Shown here piece after piece: positions 59,101 through 64,000 of a stretch of DNA of 64,000 nt. The notes under the pieces were generated by a model. That model was not told the DNA's origin. It searched no databases and saw only the letters and a program-made list of their open reading frames with translations. Source of the stretch: Eledone cirrhosa (lineage: Eukaryota); NCBI GenBank assembly GCA_964016885.1, contig OZ024743.1, forward strand, positions 228,346,001 to 228,410,000, read 5' to 3'. How positions within the stretch are numbered: position 1 is the first letter of the stretch; every line of letters begins with the position of its first letter. Position numbers and translations under genes: made by a program.

Positions 59101-59846
59101 ATGCAGACTGGAGAGAAATGAAGCTTGCATGCTCCGCTGGATGTGTAATAGTAATATACGTGAACGGCAAAGCATAAACGTACTAAGGGAGAAATTAGAA
59201 ATAAGAGGGATCAGATGTTGTTTACTCGAGAGAAGGCTACGTTGGTATGGACACGTGATGCGCATGAAAGACGACAGCTGTATAAAAAAGTGCAGGGCAA
59301 TAAAAATAGACGGCAGCCACGGAGTAGGCAGACCCAGAAAAACCTGGGACGACTTGATAAATTGCGACCTCACACACTTACACCTCTCCAAGACAATGTC
59401 ACTGGACCGAGAGCTTTGGTGCTACACAGTATTAGAGAAGACCCGCCTTACCTAAATACAAAGTGAAACCTACTACAGTCAGTAGGCACCTCTAACAAAA
59501 TACACCCCCATCCCACTACCCACACCACATCCACACCACCCCTTTCAATGTAAAGTTATGTTGGTGTCACAACATCCAGCCCGAAACAAATGAGGTGATG
59601 TAGGTGTCACGACAAAAAAACACACAGTCCACACTGTAATGTGGCCGTGTAGGTAACACGGTAAAAACCTCCCAGACCCACACTGCAAATGTGGTTGGTG
59701 TTAGGAAGGGCATCCAGCCGTAGAAAACCCGCCAGACAGTCCTATGCGAGCAAGACAACCACTCTTGCCTCAAGTGGGAAAACTCCCGTCCAGACCCATG
59801 CAAGCGTGGAATATGGACGTTTAACGATGATGATGATGATGATGAT
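56198..59846 (+). mobile_element. RTE-clade non-LTR retrotransposon (subfamily A), near full length, inactivated
   Basis: APE motifs (VGTMNVGTL, CIQETRW, SAYAPQ, GDLNGHVG, VDYIL, SQHRLI), RT motifs (NYRGIKL, QFGF, GVHQGSVLSP, YADD), RTE-type C-terminus ([17 protein letters not shown]), ~390 nt 3' UTR and (ATG)n tail. The 5' end abuts (TA)n. Confidence 0.95.
56435..59455 (+). pseudogene. APE endonuclease/reverse transcriptase ORF of RTE-A, disrupted
   Basis: ORFs 56435-58279 and 58313-59455 are in the same frame, split by a TGG>TAG stop at 58277-58279. Catalytic motif A reads FVNLEKAFD (D>N versus FVDLEKAFD in the sister copy). Possible upstream frameshift from ATG 56275. Confidence 0.92.
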
Positions 59847-61359
59847 ATATTTGTGTGTGTGTGGTCAATATGACCAACTAAATCTCTTTAATGTGGTGCC
59901 CCAGTTTAATGACTGAAACAAGTAAACTAATTAAATCCCTCATGATAAACACATTATAATATCAGGCTGTAAAGTAGTTGACATTAGGAAGAGCATGAAG
60001 TCATAGAAGCCCTGCCGAAATAGAATGCATGAGCAAAACATTGTTATCCAATCTGCCTAGTCTGAGAACATGACAACCCATCCAATTCATGCTAGAATGG
60101 AAAATTCACATGAAATGATGATGATGTCTATCACTAAGAAAAAACAACAACATTTTAACAACAACTTTAACAGAAACAACTCCATAACCAATACTACTAG
60201 AACCATAACAAACCATTAACCACCTCAATCAAGTCACAACAAACACCACCACCACTGTAATCACAACAATAAAATGAACCGCCACAACCAACATCACTAT
60301 AATCGTAACTATAAAATTTACCACCGCAATCACTACATCATCTCAACTACCATGGCAAACCCTACCATCACAACAACCAGTGATGGGAACATCCTCTCAA
60401 CTTCACTCGCTACCACCACAACCACTATTACTGCCACAACAATAACCATCACAATGACATCTACACTACCACCAAAAGGAACTTTACATTAACCACAAAA
60501 CTACCACAGGAACACTATGTCAGCCTTTACCACCACTACCACCATCAGCACCACATCATTTCAACCTTCTAAATCACTACCACCACTACCATCACCACTA
60601 TAAGAACATCATCTTAACTTTCACAACCATTACTATGACCACCACCATCACCACCACCATCATAACCATTATCCATCACCACCACTACAACTACCACACT
60701 AACATCACCATCAATACCTATACCACAGTAATCATCATCACCACCACACCACCACAATCATTAACCATCACCACTGCAACCACTATGACCACAACCGTTA
60801 ACCACACTAACATCACCCATCCATCTCTCCTTCCACCCACACCACTCTCCATGACACCCTCCATCCATCTTTATTTGTTTTTAAATAGACCTTTCTCCTC
60901 CTTAAAGGTTCACATGGGCTGTATGTATAGAAAGAACTACCAGGGGAGAATGAAGGAACTATTATAGAAAGGGGGTGGGGAAATATTGAGATGGAAGAGG
61001 GGGGAGGGGTAATTATTGGTGGGACAGGAGGGAGAAGTTAGAAACTAAGGAAATGTGCATCTGTGTGTGTGTGTGTGTGCTTGTGCATGAGTCTGTGTGT
61101 GGTTGCGTGTGTGTTATGGTGGTGGATATGGAAATACCAGCAGGGTTGTAATAATTGGAAGAGAATGTAAACTGAATTAGAAGACATGTATGTATGTGTA
61201 TGTGTATTTGTGTGTGAGTGTGTTGTGTAATCTGTGTGAGTCGGTGGCTGAAAGTCGTATATGCATTTCAATTATATATGTACTGTAATTATATGAAATA
61301 GTTTTATGTATATGTGTGTTTGTGTGTGTGTATGTGTGTCTGTGTGTGTGTATGTGTGT

Positions 61360-61403
<44 letters not shown>

Positions 61404-61483
61404 TTCTGAGAGAAAGGTGATGTGCATGTGTAGTAACAAGAACATCATGCATACACACATACACGTGTGTGTACATATCCACA

Positions 61484-61537
<54 letters not shown>

Positions 61538-61549
61538 TGTGGATATGTC

Positions 61550-61643
<94 letters not shown>

Positions 61644-62105
61644 GAGAGGGGGAGATAGATGTGTGTATGACAAAGAGTTTGTGAATGTATGTATTTAAAT
61701 AAGAACATCTTATCAGCGTGGGAGGGAGAAGAAAGAGAAGAGGATGCACAGGTGGGGATGGGGTAAGACTATGAAGAAGAAAAATAAGAAAAATTGAGAA
61801 AAGTGAAGTGATAGGAAGAAAGAAGAAGGCAACAGAAGAGTGGTAAAGAAGGAAAGACTAGACTATAATAAATGAGAAGAGAGAGAGGTAAGAAAAGTGG
61901 CAGGAGAGAATGGAGATGTTGTAGAGAAGTAATAAGATGAGAGGGAGGGGTGAGACAATGATTAACAAAGTGAAATGAAGACTGTTAGAGTCAAGGGGGG
62001 ATAGAGAGTGTGAAAGTAGGGAACAATAGAGAGAAGAGACAGAAAGAAAGGTATATCTATCTATCTATCTATTTATCTATCTATATATATATATATATAT
62101 ATATA

Positions 62106-62406
62106 AAGAGAGAAGAGAAGAGAGACAGAGAGAGAGAAAAGGAGATAAAGAAGAGGAGTCAGAGATGAGAGAGAAGAGAAGAGGAGAAAAGAGAAAATAA
62201 GAGAGAGGGAAGGGGAGAGAGAGAAGAGAGAGAAAAAAGAGAGAGAAGGGGAGAGAGAGAGAGAAAAGAGAGAGAAGGGAAGAGAGAGAGAAGAGAAGGG
62301 AAGAGAAGAGAGAAGAGAAGAGAGAGAGAAGAGAAGGGAAGAGAGAGAGAGAGGGAGGGATAGAGAGAGAGAGAGGGAGGGAGAGAGAGGGAGAGAGAGA
62401 GAGAAG
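62106..62406. repeat. Polypurine (GA/GAAGA) tract
   Basis: ~300 nt almost purely A/G. Confidence 0.9.
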
Positions 62407-64000
62407 AATTAGAGTTAATGAAAGAACAGGGGTGTGTGTGACTCAGAGATGGTGTCAGAAATAGCAAAATGCTATTTAATACTTTAATTATGCAAGGTTA
62501 TTACTAGGTGTGTGCACGATTAGATGTGCAGCAAAATATGCATTTCAGTTAAGAGAGGGCAATATTAATGGCTAAAGTATAGTGCAGCCACTCAGAATAC
62601 TTGCAAAAGGGGAGAGGGGAAATGGTTAGTAATTTATAACGATTACTGTACAATGCTGAGGAGATTGTTGCCATTGTATTATATAACAACACATGCCCTA
62701 ATGTTATTATTCATATATCATTATTATTATCATTAGTAACAGCAGCAGCAGCAGCAGCAGTAGTAGTAGCAGTAGTAGTAGTATAAAGGTATAATATTAC
62801 TATTAGTAGTCGTATTATTATGAAAGTGCTAATGTATGCTACCAGCACTCTACTAGTTAACTTTGCACCACACTTCTCATCAGACAAAAGGAGCCAACTA
62901 CTTTATGAGTACTTCTTCAGTACTGAATTCTTTCTTTATAAATTGTTTGATTGGTTTTAGTTGGCACCTCTCACTTGCAACATCATCTTAACACGTAAAA
63001 GAGAAATATTGAATAATGTAGTCCTAGATGTACTGCATCTCAATAAAAGACAGGGTTACCAATGTTGAATCAAGTTTGACCAGGATTTAGATAATTCTGA
63101 CAAAAACAATAATAACCCTTTTGGCAGCAAACTGCCTGAAACTACTCCCTGGTTTTACAATACAAAAGTTGTTTATTTAAAAACATCCATCATAATTTTA
63201 TGTAAGACACTTTGTTATGCTCCAAGCATGATCTTAATAATTAAAAATTAGTTATTTAACACAATTCCTCCAAATTTTTTATTACTTCCAATGGTGATGA
63301 AAGGTTTGTTAACGAAAAAACCAAAGAAGAAATCTTTATGTAGTTGCACTAATAAACAGCACTAATGATAGCTAGTAATGAAACCAGGGAAATCTCCCTC
63401 AAATTACACCTGGACATAAAAAAATATTATCTAATAATGTTGTCCTAGATGAACTATGTCTAAATAAAAGATAGGGGTGTCACATTTAAAACACCATTGA
63501 ACATAGGTTTGTTGAATCAAGTTTAACCTGGAGTTAGATACCAGTAACAAAATCAATAACATCTTACCCCTTTTGATATGAAAACAATTTTAGTTATATG
63601 ATACAAAGCTATTTATATTTATCTAAAACCTTCCATCATAATTCTATATAAAATAAACTAAGTTATACTCCAAACACCAAACTCTTGAATATTTAAGAAT
63701 CATTTGAAAATCACAGAGTGTCTTTTATTAGTAATTTGAAAACAAAAAAGGGCTGATAATATTCCAGCAAAAGCAAACAAAACCTCCATCATTTTATGTC
63801 TGCATTCTCCACTGGCATGGACTGGTTGTTGGATGCTCCTCCCATCACCAAATCCTTTACAATATATCCATTTTCCAGGATACCAGCACAACCATTTTAC
63901 TGTGGATAGGTTGCATTTCATTATGACCTCAACACTAACACTTCACAGCATCTAACCCAAAAGGATTTTTAAAATTATTTTTGTTTTTTCTTGAGTTCAA

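Overview
AT-rich, repeat-dominated eukaryotic intronic or intergenic DNA, most likely from an octopus. This attribution is inferred from the (TA)n/(CA)n/(GA)n density and the SINE/RTE repertoire. No host protein-coding gene can be called with confidence, and nearly all long ORFs in the track are microsatellite artefacts. The real coding sequence is retrotransposon-derived: a near full-length but inactivated RTE LINE (56.2-59.8 kb), a 5'-truncated RTE with an intact ORF (24.1-26.7 kb), many RTE 3' fragments, an R4-like restriction-type endonuclease fragment and a decayed Penelope-like RT. There are also several tRNA-derived SINE families and piggyBac-like MITEs. Points worth follow-up: (1) type I hammerhead-ribozyme folds, one mirrored inside a ~360 bp palindrome; (2) a PHD-type C4HC3 finger embedded in the RTE RT region; (3) a mosaic SINE whose body and tail come from two different RTE subfamilies present in the same window; (4) a bipartite non-autonomous RTE; (5) apparent (TA)n targeting; (6) a 3.13 kb tandem duplication whose crossover maps to 77 bp inside an RTE copy.
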